A stretch of DNA of 64,000 nt from Gordonia sp. (in: high G+C Gram-positive bacteria) (GCF_047606305.1 NZ_JASGER010000051.1:6787-70786); one strand, 5' to 3'; positions 1-15,079 are shown, counted from the first letter of the stretch. Program-made: numbers and translations. The notes: generated by a model not told the origin, from the letters alone.

Positions 1-21
1 AGCGATGGCGAGGAGACAACA

Positions 22-615
22 GTGGGCGACGACATGACCCCGAACGATGCTGATCGGACGGGCGCGCAGGGCTCGCTGGCCGAGGTCGAGCCGGGACTGT
101 TCCCCGACGACGTCGTGCCCGACGAGTTGGTCGGCTACCGGGTGCCCAGCGCCTGCCAGATCGCCGGCATCACCTATCGCCAGCTCGACTACTGGGCGCG
201 GACCGGCCTGGTCGTGCCGTCCATCCGCGGTGCCGCCGGATCGGGCAGCCAGCGGCTGTACTCCTTCAAGGACATCCTCGTCCTCAAGATCGTGAAGCGG
301 CTCCTCGACACCGGCATCTCGCTGCAGAACATCCGCGTCGCTGTCGACCATCTGCGCAAGCGCGGCGTCGAGGACCTGGCACGCGTCACCCTGTTCTCCG
401 ACGGCACCACCGTCTACGAGTGCACCTCGGCCGAAGAGGTCATCGACCTCCTGCAGGGCGGCCAGGGCGTCTTCGGCATCGCCGTCTCCGGTGCGATGCG
501 CGAACTGACCGGCACGATCGCCGACTTCCCCGGCGAACGGGCCGACGGCGGCGAGTCCGAGACCGCCCCCGAGGACGAGCTCGCGGCGCGACGTCGCGCG
601 CGCAAGACCGGCTAG
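22..615 (+). CDS. MerR-family transcriptional regulator (Rv1830-like)
   Basis: MerR HTH GITYRQLDYWARTGLVVPS...RLYSFKDILVLKIVKRLLDTGISLQNIR; AGGAG upstream; conserved position before gcvP. Confidence 0.92.
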   Translation: MGDDMTPNDADRTGAQGSLAEVEPGLFPDDVVPDELVGYRVPSACQIAGITYRQLDYWARTGLVVPSIRGAAGSGSQRLYSFKDILVLKIVKRLLDTGISLQNIRVAVDHLRKRGVEDLARVTLFSDGTTVYECTSAEEVIDLLQGGQGVFGIAVSGAMRELTGTIADFPGERADGGESETAPEDELAARRRARKTG

Positions 616-639
616 CGATTCCGGTACACTCATCCTCGC

Positions 640-830
640 GCCGCTACCCGGTGGGAGAGCGTCACCCTGTGCGGTGACCGCCGAAGGAGCAACACCTCTC
701 CGTCAATCTCTCAGGCACCCGGACCGCAGGGCTGACGGCGTCTCTGGAAAGTGATGGCACGTCCATCCGCCCACGGGGAAAGACCGGCACCGCCCGGTTC
801 AAACTCTCAGGCTCCATGACAGAGGGAGAG
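640..830 (+). promoter_or_regulatory. Tandem glycine riboswitch
   Basis: Two aptamers with hallmark segments GGGAGAG...CCGAAGGAGCA...CTCTCAGG and CTCTGGAAAG...GGGGAAAG...CTCTCAGG...ACAGAG, directly upstream of gcvP; ends approximate. Confidence 0.93.
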
Positions 831-856
831 GACACCCCGCGCAGAGAGCCGCCGCC

Positions 857-3711
<2,855 letters not shown>

Positions 3712-3715
<4 letters not shown>

Positions 3716-4902
3716 CGCGAATAGACCAGCTTGTCGATGGCCACCGCGGCACCGGGCGCCGCGGTGAGCGGTCGGCGCACCGGCGCGAAACGAACCGCGG
3801 CGGTGCCGGGCGGCATCGGCATGCGACCGGCCCGATAGCCCAGCGCGGTGAGCACCGCTAGTTGCGCGGGCTGCTTGGCGAAGGCGACGAAGTGGGCCAC
3901 CGCGTCGGGCAGGGCGCTGGTGGTGCCGTCATCGCCCAGCCGGAGCACCGGGTAGTCGGCCACCGGGGTCACACCGGCCGGCGAGTAGCCGCGGATCTTG
4001 TCGGCGACCTCCGGGGTCTTGGTCAGCTGGAACAGTTGCTGCTCGGTGATCGGGACCGCGTGGATACCCTTGCGCTGGTCTCCCTTGGCCATGGCCGCGA
4101 CTGCCGCCGCGGCGGAATTCTCGGGGGCCTTGGGTGCTGCGGAGAGCACGGCGTTGACGCCGCCGGTGACCGACGTCGACGTGGCCTTCGCCGCGGTCAA
4201 CCGCCCGGGCATGCGCCCGATCTGGGCGGCGATCGCCTGGGCGGCCAGTGCGGTGGCGTCCGATCCGACACCCGTCGGCATGGCCAGGCGCAGCGAGCCC
4301 CACGCGGGCAGCCCGAACTGGCCCATCGCGTCCTCGTTCTGGGTGAGCGCGGGCATCCGGCCCCAGGCCAGCTTGCGGCCGGCCTTGGCGGCCAGCGCGG
4401 TGGGCAGGGCCAGGACGACCGGCGAGGTGACCAGCGAATCCGGGGCGCCCTCGGCGGCACCGGGCTTGGCGACGGCCAGCTCGGCGGCCCACACCGACGA
4501 CTGCGGGATCCACGCCGCCGGCCGCGGGCCGAGCTTCGCGGTGTCCCACGTGCCGCGCAGGGCGTCGAGGGTGGCGCGCGACTCCTCCGGGCGCACCTGC
4601 ACGCTCACGCACTTGTCGCGCACCACCGGGTGGGTGTCGTTGTACCGCTTGGCGATCTCGCCGAGGGCCTCGGCGATGTCCGGGCTCGCGACGATCGGCA
4701 CCTGCGCCTTGCCCTCGACGCACGAGTCGGCGGCCATGTCGGTCTGCCGACCGATGTGGTCGCGGGCCTGGAACCAGCTCACCCCGAGGCCGGCGACCAG
4801 CAATACGGCCAAGACCGCGGCGATGACCGGCCGGGGCCACCGTCGCTTCGCCGCGCCGGGGACGGCGCTGGCCGGCACGTGGCCGCGGGGCTTACGCGCC
4901 AT
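3712..4902 (-). CDS. Membrane-anchored substrate-binding-domain protein (Rv1836c-like, no vWA domain)
   Basis: N-terminal TM helix, then C...C SBP-like region ([27 protein letters not shown]); syntenic between gcvP and glcB; start set at MARKPRG. Confidence 0.7.
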
Positions 4903-7075
4903 GGGCCGCTTTGTACTCGCGGCGGCGGTGGTGCAGGATCGGCTCGGTGTAGCCACTCGGCTGCTTCGCACCCTCGAGGATCAGCTCCTTGGCGGCCTGG
5001 AAGGCGATGCTGGAGTCGAAGGCGGGGGCCATCGGCGTGTAGTCGGGGTCGTCGGCGTTCTGCCGGTCGACGACCGGCGCCATCCGCTCGAGCGCGGCCG
5101 TGATGTCGTCGGCGCTCACGATGCCGTGGCGCATCCAGTTCGCCAGCAGCTGGCTGGAGATGCGCAGCGTTGCGCGGTCCTCCATCAGGGCGACGTCGTG
5201 GATGTCGGGGACCTTGGAACAGCCGACGCCGTGGTCGATCCAGCGGACGACGTAGCCCAGGATCGACTGGCAGTTGTTGTCGAGCTCCTCGCGCTTCTCG
5301 GCATCGGACCAGTCAGTCTTCGGGGCGAGCGGGATGGTCAGGATGTCGTCGACGGAGGCGGGGGAGCGCTTGGCGAGCTCGTCCTGCACCTTGAAGACGT
5401 CCACGTCGTGATAGTGCATGGCGTGCAGCGTGGCCGCGGTCGGGGACGGCACCCACGCGGTGGTCGCGCCGGCCTTGGGCTGGCCGATCTTCTGGTTCAC
5501 CATGTCGGCCATCAGGTCGGTCATGGCCCACATGCCCTTGCCGATCTGGGCCTTGTGCTGCAGGCCGGCGGCCAGACCGACGTCGACGTTGTTGTCCTCG
5601 TAGGCCTTGATCCACGTCTGCGACTTCATCTCGCCCTTGCGGATCATCGGACCGGCCTCCATCGAGGTGTGGATCTCGTCGCCGGTGCGGTCCAGGAAGC
5701 CCGTGTTGATGAACACGACGCGCTCCTGCGCGGCCTTGATCGCGGCCTTGAGGTTCACCGTCGTGCGGCGCTCCTCGTCCATGATGCCGACCTTGAGCGT
5801 GTTGCGCGGCACGCCGATGACGTCCTCGACGGCGGCGAACAGATCGCCGGTGAAGGCGACCTCGTCGGGGCCGTGCATCTTCGGCTTCACGATGTAGATC
5901 GAGCCGGTGCGCGAGTTCTGCAGACCTTCCGTGGAGAGTCCGTGCTTGCCGATCAACGACGTGACCAGCGCATCGAGGATGCCCTCGGGCACCTCGTTGC
6001 CGTCGGCGTCCAGGACGGCGGGGTTGGTCATCAGGTGCCCGACGTTGCGGACGAACAGCAGCGAGCGTCCGTGCAGCTCCAGCTCGGAGCCGTCAGGCGC
6101 CGTGTAGGTGCGGTTCGGGTTGAGCACGCGGGTGAAGGTCTTGCCGCCCTTGGCGACCTCCTCGGCGAGATCGCCGCGGTTGAGGCCCAGCCAGTTGCGG
6201 TAACCCACGACCTTGTCGTCGGCGTCGACCGCCGCGACCGAGTCCTCGAAGTCCATGATCGTGGTGATCGCGGACTCGAGCTCGACATCGGAGACACCCG
6301 CCTTGTCGGTGGAGCCGACCGGCGACGACGGGTCGAACAGGATGTCGACGTGCAGGCCGTGGTGACGCAGCAGGATCGACGTCGGCGCCAGCGCGTCGCC
6401 GCGGTAGCCGACGAAGGCGTCCGGATCGGCGAAGGTGGTGACCTGGGAGTCGTCGCCGAGGACCACGTTCACGCGGTTGCCGTCGATCACGTACTTGGTG
6501 GCGTCGGAGTGGCTGCCCTGCTCCAGCGGCACCGCGGTGTCGAGGAACTTCTTCGCGTACGCGATGACCTTGTCGCCGCGGACCTTGTTGTACGACTTGC
6601 CCTTCTCGGCGCCGTCGGTCTCCGGGATCACGTCGGTGCCGTAGAGCGCGTCGTAGAGCGAGCCCCAGCGGGCGTTCGCGGCGTTGAGCGCGAAGCGGGC
6701 GTTGAGGATGGGCACGACCAGCTGGGGGCCGGCCGTCTCGGAGATCTCCGAGTCGACCCCGGAGGTGCCGATCTGGAAGTCCTCCGGCGGCGTCACCAGG
6801 TAGCCGATCTCGGAGAGGAACTTCTTGTAGGCGTCGAAGTCGACCTTGCCGTCGGTCGCTGGGTGGTCGCGGTGCCACTGGTCGACCTTGGCCTGCAGGT
6901 CGTCGCGGACGGCGAGCAGTTCGCGGTTGCGCGGGGCGAACGTGCTGATCACATCGGCCGCACCGGCCCAGAACGCGTCCTGGTCTACACCGGTGCCGGG
7001 CAACGCCTCATTGTTGATGAAGTCGTAGAGGACCGGGGAGACCTGAAGTCCGTGGACGGTGACGCGGTCAGACAT
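4892..7075 (-). CDS. glcB: Malate synthase G
   Basis: [61 protein letters not shown]; start MSDRVTV. Confidence 0.98.
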   Translation of the reverse strand: MSDRVTVHGLQVSPVLYDFINNEALPGTGVDQDAFWAGAADVISTFAPRNRELLAVRDDLQAKVDQWHRDHPATDGKVDFDAYKKFLSEIGYLVTPPEDFQIGTSGVDSEISETAGPQLVVPILNARFALNAANARWGSLYDALYGTDVIPETDGAEKGKSYNKVRGDKVIAYAKKFLDTAVPLEQGSHSDATKYVIDGNRVNVVLGDDSQVTTFADPDAFVGYRGDALAPTSILLRHHGLHVDILFDPSSPVGSTDKAGVSDVELESAITTIMDFEDSVAAVDADDKVVGYRNWLGLNRGDLAEEVAKGGKTFTRVLNPNRTYTAPDGSELELHGRSLLFVRNVGHLMTNPAVLDADGNEVPEGILDALVTSLIGKHGLSTEGLQNSRTGSIYIVKPKMHGPDEVAFTGDLFAAVEDVIGVPRNTLKVGIMDEERRTTVNLKAAIKAAQERVVFINTGFLDRTGDEIHTSMEAGPMIRKGEMKSQTWIKAYEDNNVDVGLAAGLQHKAQIGKGMWAMTDLMADMVNQKIGQPKAGATTAWVPSPTAATLHAMHYHDVDVFKVQDELAKRSPASVDDILTIPLAPKTDWSDAEKREELDNNCQSILGYVVRWIDHGVGCSKVPDIHDVALMEDRATLRISSQLLANWMRHGIVSADDITAALERMAPVVDRQNADDPDYTPMAPAFDSSIAFQAAKELILEGAKQPSGYTEPILHHRRREYKAAHGA

Positions 7076-7143
7076 GTCAGCCTTTCGTATGTGCGATATG
7101 AGGCGCATAAGCGCTGGTAGCCCGCAAATGGGCCGCACTCATG

Positions 7144-8037
7144 CTACTCCCTCGCCGGGAGCGCCCCGATCAGGTCCCCGATGACCGTGAGCAGCCGCTG
7201 GCGCAGGGCCGAACCGGCCCCGGCCACCGCCTGTTGCCGCGTGACGTATTCGGCCCGCCCGGCCGTCGTCTCGATCCGGATCGGCTCGTATCCGAGCGCC
7301 GTGAGATCGTAGGGACTGGCGCGCATGTCGATCTCGCGCGCCGTGTGGGCGAGCTCGAAGGCGTCGGCGACCAGGTCCGACGGCACGAGCGGACTGAGCT
7401 TGGCCGCCACCCGGTACAGATCCATCGTGGCGTGCAGGCAGCCGGGTTGCTCGTGGTCGAGCCGGTCATCGTGGTGCAGCCGGGTCGCGTTGCGCCCGCG
7501 CGCCGGGCCGGTGAAGAACCGAAACGCGTCGAAGTGGGTGCACACCAGCCGGTTCGCCTCCACGACGGCGTCGGTGCCCGCCGCGCCGAGCCGCAGCGGC
7601 ATCGAGTGGCGCGGGGCGCCGGTGCGGTAGACCATCGCCCATTCGTGCAGTCCGAAACACCCGTACCGGGCCGGTCGTGCCGCCGTCGCCGCCAGCAGGG
7701 CCGCCGACGTGCGCAGGGTGCGCTCCCGCTTGAGCAGATGGGCGCCGGCGACCTGGACGCCGCCGGGCACCCGCTCGTAGCCGCGTGCCTCGGCATAGGG
7801 GTGTTCACCGGTGGCCGGATCGTCCAGGATCGTGCCGAATCCCGGGTGCCACCGTCGCAGGTGCGCCGGGCGGTACGGGTAGTAGGTGAACAGGAAGTCC
7901 ACAACGGGGTGCGCCGCGCCGCGACGGCGGTCGGCCAGGTACCCGCCAATGAGTGCGTCGAGACGGTCGCGGTGCGCGTCGGCGGCCGCCTGCCACTGCG
8001 GGGCGGACAGCCGCACGGTCACGGTGGGGCAGGCCAC
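7144..8037 (-). CDS. Conserved actinobacterial protein (often auto-labelled 3-methyladenine DNA glycosylase; function unproven)
   Basis: HPVVDFLFTYY, CFGLHEWAMVY, CTHFDAFRFFT, EQPGCLHATMDLY, DMRASPYDL motifs. Confidence 0.75.
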   Translation of the reverse strand: MACPTVTVRLSAPQWQAAADAHRDRLDALIGGYLADRRRGAAHPVVDFLFTYYPYRPAHLRRWHPGFGTILDDPATGEHPYAEARGYERVPGGVQVAGAHLLKRERTLRTSAALLAATAARPARYGCFGLHEWAMVYRTGAPRHSMPLRLGAAGTDAVVEANRLVCTHFDAFRFFTGPARGRNATRLHHDDRLDHEQPGCLHATMDLYRVAAKLSPLVPSDLVADAFELAHTAREIDMRASPYDLTALGYEPIRIETTAGRAEYVTRQQAVAGAGSALRQRLLTVIGDLIGALPARE

Positions 8038-8043
8038 GGGTCT

Positions 8044-9108
8044 TTAGAGCCTGTTCGTCTCGTCCGCTACGGTGCCGAGCAGATCCTCGACGAGGTCGGC
8101 AAGTGCGGCCAGACCGATGGTGCGCCCGGAGTCGTCGACGACGGCGGCGAGGTGGGAACTGGTCCGACGCATGTCGGTCATCGCGTCGTCGAGCATCGTG
8201 GTGGCCGTGAGCACGGGCAGGGGCCTGACGTCAGCGGGGCCGATGATGGTCGCCGGACCGCGCTCGTCGTCGGCGATTGCACCGAGAACGTCTTTGAGGT
8301 GCAGATAGCCGGTGAAGATTCCGCCGGGCGCCCGCACCGGGAACCGCGAGTAGCCGGTCTCGGCGACCGCCTCCTCGACGGCGGCCAGCGTCGGACCGTC
8401 GTGGCCGGGCTCGGTGTCGATCCAGCGGACCTTGGTGAGCGGAATCATGACGTCGGCGATGGTGCGCCCGACGCTGGCGAGCGCGCGGGTGAGGCGCTGA
8501 TGCTCCTCGTCGTCGATCAGGCCCTCGTCTCGGGAGTCGCTGATCATGACGGCGAGCTCGGTCTGCGACACGGTCGAGTCGAGCTCGTCGCGGGGGGTGA
8601 CGTGCAGAACCCGCAGGGCCAGATTGGCGAGAAGGTTGTAGAACGCCAGGATCGGTCGGGTCAGCCGCACGAACAACAGATGAGCCGGTACCAGGAGCAT
8701 CGCCGAGCGTTCCGGACCGGCGAGGGCGATGTTCTTCGGCACCATTTCGCCGAGAAGGATGTGGAGCACGACCACCAGCATCAGGGACACGGTGAAGCTG
8801 ATCGGGTGCAGCAGCGAGTGCGGCACCGACGCCCAATCGAGGGGCTGCTCGAGGATGTGGGCGATGGCGGGTTCGCCGACGCGGCCGAGCAGGATCGAGC
8901 AGATGGTGATGCCCAACTGGGCGCCGGCCAACATGATCGTCAGCCGCTCGGATGCGCGGATGACGGTCCGCGCCCGCGAGTTCCCGTCGTCGGCGAGGGC
9001 CTCGAGGCGGTCGCGGCGCGCCGAGATCAGGGAGAACTCGGCGGCGACGAAGAAGGCGTTGGCGGCCAACAGGGCGATGGTGAGCACCACTCCGACCCAG
9101 GCGTTCAT
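8044..9108 (-). CDS. CNNM/CBS (hemolysin-family) membrane protein (Rv1841c-like)
   Basis: ANAFFVAAEFSLISARR, GEMVPKN, CBS pair with YSRFPV. Confidence 0.92.
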   Translation of the reverse strand: MNAWVGVVLTIALLAANAFFVAAEFSLISARRDRLEALADDGNSRARTVIRASERLTIMLAGAQLGITICSILLGRVGEPAIAHILEQPLDWASVPHSLLHPISFTVSLMLVVVLHILLGEMVPKNIALAGPERSAMLLVPAHLLFVRLTRPILAFYNLLANLALRVLHVTPRDELDSTVSQTELAVMISDSRDEGLIDDEEHQRLTRALASVGRTIADVMIPLTKVRWIDTEPGHDGPTLAAVEEAVAETGYSRFPVRAPGGIFTGYLHLKDVLGAIADDERGPATIIGPADVRPLPVLTATTMLDDAMTDMRRTSSHLAAVVDDSGRTIGLAALADLVEDLLGTVADETNRL

Positions 9109-10541
9109 GAGCGGCCTCCCGACGCGGGCGTGGTGTGGGCGTCATCCGTCGGCGGCAGCGGCTGCAGGGACACCGTGTCGATCCGGCGGCCGTCCATCGC
9201 GGTGACGCGGGCGCGCCAGCGCTGCGTGGTCGTCGGGGCGCTGCGGGAGACGGGGCGCTCGGCGGACTCGTCCTCGTCGTCGCCGGTGCGGGCGAGGGAC
9301 TCCAGGTCGACCTCGTCGCCGACGGTGGGGATGCGGCCGAGGCGGAACATCACCAGGCCGCCGAGCGTGTCGTAGGCGCCCTCGGGCGCTCGCAGGCCGG
9401 TGGCCTCGTCGAGTTCGTCCAGCCGCAGCAGCCCCGAGCAGACGAACCCGTCGCCGTCGGCGGTGACCTCGTCGTTCTCGTCGTCGTGCTCGTCGGTGAC
9501 CGAGCCGACGATCTCCTCGATGACGTCCTCGGTGGTGACGATCCCGGCGGTGCCGCCGTATTCGTCGATGACGACGCAGATCTCCAGGCCGCCGGCGGCG
9601 AGTTGATGCACCACGGCGTCGCCGTCGAGGCTTGCCGGCACGGTGGCGACCGGCCACACCAGCGTGTCCAGGCGGGTTGTGCGCAGGTGGGCGTGCGGCA
9701 CGGAGAAGGCCTGCTTGATGTGGACGATGCCGATGAGGTTGTCCAGGTCGCCCTCGTGGCAGACGGGGAAGCGGCTGTGCCCGGTGTCGGCGGCCACCCG
9801 CACGAGGTCGTCGACGGTGTCCTCGGGTCCGAGGGTGGTGACGCGGACGCGGGGGGTCATCAGATCCTCGGCGGTCAGCTCGCCGAAGCGCAGCGAGCGG
9901 TCGACGAGGACGGCGGTGTCGGCGTCGATCGAGCCGTGTCGCGCCGAGTTGCGGACCAGCGAGGCGAGCTCTTGCGGTGAGCGGGCCGAGGCGAGCTCCT
10001 CGGCCGGCTCGACACCGAGCCGGCGGACCAACCAGTTGGCGGTCCCGTTGAGGCCGTTGATCGCGGGTCGGAACAGGGCCGAGAAACCGACCATCGGCGC
10101 GGCGGTGAACCGGGCGACGGCCAGGGGGAGCGAAATGGCGAGGTTCTTCGGGATCAGCTCGCCCAGGACCATCGACAGCGAGGTCGCGAGCACCAGTGCC
10201 AAGGTCGCCGAGAGCCAACCGTGCCAACTCGCCGGCACGCCGAGAGCGGTGAGCGCCGGGTTGATGAACCGGGCGAGCACCGGTTCGGCCAGGTAACCGG
10301 TGATCAGCGTCGTGATCGTGATACCGAGCTGGGCGCCGGACAGCTGGAAGGAGAGCGTCCGGTGCGCGCGTTCCACCTGCCGTGACCGCAGGTCGCCGCG
10401 GGTGGCGACATCGTCGGTGACCGTCGAGCGCTCGAGTGCGGTGAGGGAGAACTCGGCGGCGACGAACACCGCCGTGCCGACGGTCAGGGCGATGAATCCC
10501 ACCACTGCGGCGGTCGTCGCGGCTATCGAGGCCCAGTCCAC
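9105..10541 (-). CDS. CNNM/CBS/CorC_HlyC membrane protein (Rv1842c-like)
   Basis: FVAAEFSL, AQLGIT, GELIPKN, HSRFPV, DEYGGTAGIVTTEDVIEEIVG, YDTLGGL; GTG start chosen. Confidence 0.92.
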   Translation of the reverse strand: MDWASIAATTAAVVGFIALTVGTAVFVAAEFSLTALERSTVTDDVATRGDLRSRQVERAHRTLSFQLSGAQLGITITTLITGYLAEPVLARFINPALTALGVPASWHGWLSATLALVLATSLSMVLGELIPKNLAISLPLAVARFTAAPMVGFSALFRPAINGLNGTANWLVRRLGVEPAEELASARSPQELASLVRNSARHGSIDADTAVLVDRSLRFGELTAEDLMTPRVRVTTLGPEDTVDDLVRVAADTGHSRFPVCHEGDLDNLIGIVHIKQAFSVPHAHLRTTRLDTLVWPVATVPASLDGDAVVHQLAAGGLEICVVIDEYGGTAGIVTTEDVIEEIVGSVTDEHDDENDEVTADGDGFVCSGLLRLDELDEATGLRAPEGAYDTLGGLVMFRLGRIPTVGDEVDLESLARTGDDEDESAERPVSRSAPTTTQRWRARVTAMDGRRIDTVSLQPLPPTDDAHTTPASGGRS

Positions 10542-10548
10542 GGTGGCG

Positions 10549-11988
<1,440 letters not shown>

Positions 11989-13431
11989 TCAAGCGGTGAC
12001 TTCGGAGCGGTCACCGCTCCACAGGGTGTGGAAGCTGCCCTCGGCGTCGATCCGGCGGTAGGTGTGGGCGCCGAAGTAGTCGCGCAGCCCCTGGGTGAGG
12101 GCGGCGGGCAGGCGCTCGGCGCGCAGCGCGTCGTAGTACGACAGCGACGAGCCGAAGGCCGGCACCGGGATGCCCATCGAGGCGGCGGTTGCGACGACGC
12201 GGCGCCAGGAGTCGATCCCGGACTCGACGGCGTTGCGGAAGTACGGCGCGAGCAGCAGGCTCGGCAGCTCCGGGTTCTCGGCGTAGGCCTCGCGGATGCG
12301 GTTGAGGAACTGTGCCCGGATGATGCAGCCGCCGCGCCAGATCGTGGCGAGGGCGCCCGGGTCCACGTTCCAGCCGTACTCCTTGCTGCCGGCCGCGATC
12401 TGGTCGAAACCCTGCGCGTAGGCGACGACCTTCGATGCGTACAGCGCGGCCTTGATGTCCTCGATGAAGGCGGCTGCGTCGGTGGGGGCGGCGGCGAGGT
12501 CGCCGGCGGCCAGACCGGCGGCGGCGTCACGCTGGGCCCGCGAGCTCGAGAGAGCGCGCGCGAAGACGGCCTCGGCGATACCTGTCACCGGAATACCAAG
12601 GTCGAGCGCCGATTTCACAGTCCAGCGGCCGGTGCCCTTCTGGCCCGCCTCGTCGACGATCACGTCGACCAGCGGCTTGCCGGTCTTCGCGTCGACCTGG
12701 TCGAGGACCTCGGCGGTGATCTCGATCAGATAGCTGGCGAGTTCGGTGGAGTTCCAGTCCTTGAACACCTTGCCGATGTCGGCGACCGGCATGTCCAGGG
12801 CCTTGCGCATGAGGTCGTAGGCCTCGCCGATGAGCTGCATGTCGGCGTACTCGATGCCGTTGTGGACCATCTTGACGAAGTGACCGCTGCCGTCCGGGCC
12901 GATGTGGGTGCAGCAGGGCTCGCCGTCGACCTGTGCGGCGACCTTCTCCAGCATGGGGCCGACGGCCTTGTAGGAGTCGACCGGCCCGCCGGGCATGATG
13001 GCCGGCCCGAGCAGCGCGCCCTCTTCGCCGCCGGAGATGCCGGCGCCGATGAAGAGGAGTCCACGCTCGGCGAGGCTCTTCTCGCGGCGGATGGTATCGG
13101 TGTACAGCGCGTTGCCGCCGTCGATGATGATGTCGCCCGGCTCGAAGACCGCGGCCAACTCCTCGATCACCGAGTCGGTGGCGTCACCGGCCTGAACCAT
13201 GATCAGCGCCCGGCGCGGGCGCTCGAGCGCGGCGGCGAATTCGGCCATCGTCTCGGTGCGCACGAAGTCGCCGTCACCGCCGTGATCGGCGATCAGCGCG
13301 TCGGTCTTGGCGATCGAGCGGTTGTGCAGCGCGACGGTGTAGCCGTTGCGGGCGAAGTTGCGGGCGATGTTGGAGCCCATCACGGCGAGGCCGGTGACCC
13401 CGATCTGGGCAGAGGCGGAAGACGCAGTCAT
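11989..13431 (-). CDS. gndA: 6-phosphogluconate dehydrogenase, decarboxylating
   Basis: GLAVMGSN, GISGGEEGA, VKMVHNGIEY, QKGTGRW, WRGGCIIRA, RDYFGAHTY. Confidence 0.97.
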   Translation of the reverse strand: MTASSASAQIGVTGLAVMGSNIARNFARNGYTVALHNRSIAKTDALIADHGGDGDFVRTETMAEFAAALERPRRALIMVQAGDATDSVIEELAAVFEPGDIIIDGGNALYTDTIRREKSLAERGLLFIGAGISGGEEGALLGPAIMPGGPVDSYKAVGPMLEKVAAQVDGEPCCTHIGPDGSGHFVKMVHNGIEYADMQLIGEAYDLMRKALDMPVADIGKVFKDWNSTELASYLIEITAEVLDQVDAKTGKPLVDVIVDEAGQKGTGRWTVKSALDLGIPVTGIAEAVFARALSSSRAQRDAAAGLAAGDLAAAPTDAAAFIEDIKAALYASKVVAYAQGFDQIAAGSKEYGWNVDPGALATIWRGGCIIRAQFLNRIREAYAENPELPSLLLAPYFRNAVESGIDSWRRVVATAASMGIPVPAFGSSLSYYDALRAERLPAALTQGLRDYFGAHTYRRIDAEGSFHTLWSGDRSEVTA

Positions 13432-13440
13432 GCAGTCAGC

Positions 13441-14391
13441 TTAACCGCCGAAGAAACGGGACAGCTCGACGAGCCACGGGATCACCACGGCAAGGGTCGG
13501 AACGACGAGGATGGCGGCCGCCCCGGCATAGGCGGCGGCGGCGATCGTGGTCGAGTTGGGCGATGCGAGCCGGTTGATCCGGGCGACCGTCGTCGAGCCG
13601 CCGGCGGCGAGGGCGCCACGGGGCGCCGCGGAGTCGGAAACGGCGACGAGGGCGTGGGCCAGCGTCGACGGGCTGGTGCTGCGAACGGCCTGGTCGTCGG
13701 CGAGCGCCTCGGCGAGCAGCTCGACCGAGCCCAGGGCCGAGGAACTGCGCACGAAGCGCGGGAAGGCCGCCTGCAGGGCGATGAAGGCCTCCAGCACGAG
13801 GTCGTGCCGCGCACGCAGGTGGGCGCGCTCGTGGGCCAGGACCGCGCGCAATTCGGCATCGGACAGTCGCGCAACGGCGCCGTCGGTGACGATGACGCGC
13901 TGGCGTCGACCCGGCAGACAGTAGGCGAGGGGCTGATCGAGGGCCAGGCGTCGGACGTACCGCGCCCGCAGCGGGTGCCGGTCGCCGACGACGGGGTCGT
14001 CGAGGGAGGCGATCAGGTCGACCAGCTGGCGATGGGCGGCGCGACGGGACCGGGTGCGGAAGGCGACCCGGATCGTGGTGACCACCAGCCGTGCCCCGAC
14101 GAGGAGTGTGGCGGCGAAGGCGGCGACGCTGAACAACCAGAGGGGCAGGCCGAGGCGGTCGATCTGGTCGGCGATCCGTGCGCTCGGGGTGCCGGCGGTG
14201 CCCGGGCGCAGGAGGTTGGCGGCGATCGCCAGGCCGGCGCTGAAGGCGGAGAGGACGGCCGCGAGTGCGATCGCCTGCCAGAGGGTCATGGCGGCGCGGG
14301 GGGCGCGCATCGGCCACTGTGCGCTCGACAGCCAGGCCGGCACCGGGCCGACGAGCAGCAGGCACAGGAGGCCGAACGCGACGGCGGTCAC
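13441..14391 (-). CDS. blaR: M56-family zinc metalloprotease (BlaR-like, Rv1845c)
   Basis: HERAH (HExxH), several TM helices, coupled to blaI. Confidence 0.88.
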   Translation of the reverse strand: MTAVAFGLLCLLLVGPVPAWLSSAQWPMRAPRAAMTLWQAIALAAVLSAFSAGLAIAANLLRPGTAGTPSARIADQIDRLGLPLWLFSVAAFAATLLVGARLVVTTIRVAFRTRSRRAAHRQLVDLIASLDDPVVGDRHPLRARYVRRLALDQPLAYCLPGRRQRVIVTDGAVARLSDAELRAVLAHERAHLRARHDLVLEAFIALQAAFPRFVRSSSALGSVELLAEALADDQAVRSTSPSTLAHALVAVSDSAAPRGALAAGGSTTVARINRLASPNSTTIAAAAYAGAAAILVVPTLAVVIPWLVELSRFFGG

Positions 14392-14804
14392 GTCGGATCG
14401 CTGCGCTTCTCGTCGCGGGGGCCGGACTGGGCGGCGTCGAGGTCGTCGAGGGCGGCCCGCAGAGCAGCGGCCTCGTCGGCACTCACCTGCCCGACGAAGG
14501 AGACGAGGGCGGCCTCGCGCGATCCGGGGGCGTCCGCCGAATCGAGCACGTCGACCATCAGGCTGGCGACCAGATCCTCGCGGTGGTGCGCGGCCTGGTA
14601 CTTGTGGGCGCGGTCGTCGCGGATCTGGGTGACCAGCCCCTTCTTGGCGAGGCGCTGCAGGACGGTCATCACCGTCGTGTAGGCGAGGTTGCGCGAGCGG
14701 TTCAGCGACTCGTGCACCTGGCGCACGGTCTGCGGCACGCTCGAGTCCCAGAGCGTGTCCATGACCGCCCGTTCGAGATCGCCCAACGCATTCACCTTTT
14801 TCAT
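14388..14804 (-). CDS. blaI: BlaI/MecI/CopY-family repressor
   Basis: LGDLERAVMDTLW, LAYTTVMTVLQRLAKKGLV; start at MKKVN. Confidence 0.93.
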   Translation of the reverse strand: MKKVNALGDLERAVMDTLWDSSVPQTVRQVHESLNRSRNLAYTTVMTVLQRLAKKGLVTQIRDDRAHKYQAAHHREDLVASLMVDVLDSADAPGSREAALVSFVGQVSADEAAALRAALDDLDAAQSGPRDEKRSDPT

Positions 14805-14910
14805 CTTACCGATTCGTGCCCGCGTGCTGGTGAGGGGAGTGATACGTGCGTCGATGGTGGTGGTCACTGGGTCTCCTACCGGTTGATCGAGACTTCTTCG
14901 CCCCAAGGAT

Positions 14911-14939
14911 TTGACAACTAGGTAAGGCTAGCCTACATT
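14911..14939 (+). promoter_or_regulatory. Sigma-A-type promoter
   Basis: TTGACA (14911-14916), 17-bp spacer, TACATT (14934-14939). Confidence 0.85.
14918..14936. promoter_or_regulatory. IdeR/DtxR iron box
   Basis: CTAGGTAAGGCTAGCCTAC, 16/19 match to TWAGGTWAGSCTWACCTWA; overlaps promoter spacer and -10. Confidence 0.85.
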
Positions 14940-14946
14940 ACTAATC

Positions 14947-15040
14947 ACGCGGATCGCGCGAGTGTCCTGAGGGCTGCAGAGACCCCCGATCCTCGGCACG
15001 GCAGGCCCCACGTTGTAGGAGAACGTGGGGCCTGCCGCTG
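14947..15040 (+). ncRNA. Iron-repressed small RNA, probable MrsI (ncRv11846) homologue
   Basis: Promoter plus IdeR box upstream, strong hairpin at 3' end, no credible ORF, same blaI-thioesterase intergenic position as mycobacterial MrsI; ends estimated. Confidence 0.68.
14999..15037 (+). terminator. Intrinsic terminator hairpin
   Basis: CGGCAGGCCCCACGTT-GTAGGAG-AACGTGGGGCCTGCCG, perfect 16-bp stem. Confidence 0.8.
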
Positions 15041-15079
15041 TATCCGGGGCAGGAATCGGCGTGGGGTTAACCTGGCGGT

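Noticed and set aside
7144-8037. DNA glycosylase assignment
   Set aside because: No HhH, TAG or AAG catalytic motifs recognised; kept as conserved unknown
14805-14910. BlaI operator upstream of blaI
   Set aside because: No TAC(G/A)-N5-(C/T)GTA palindrome found; only a weak GTCTC...GAGAC dyad
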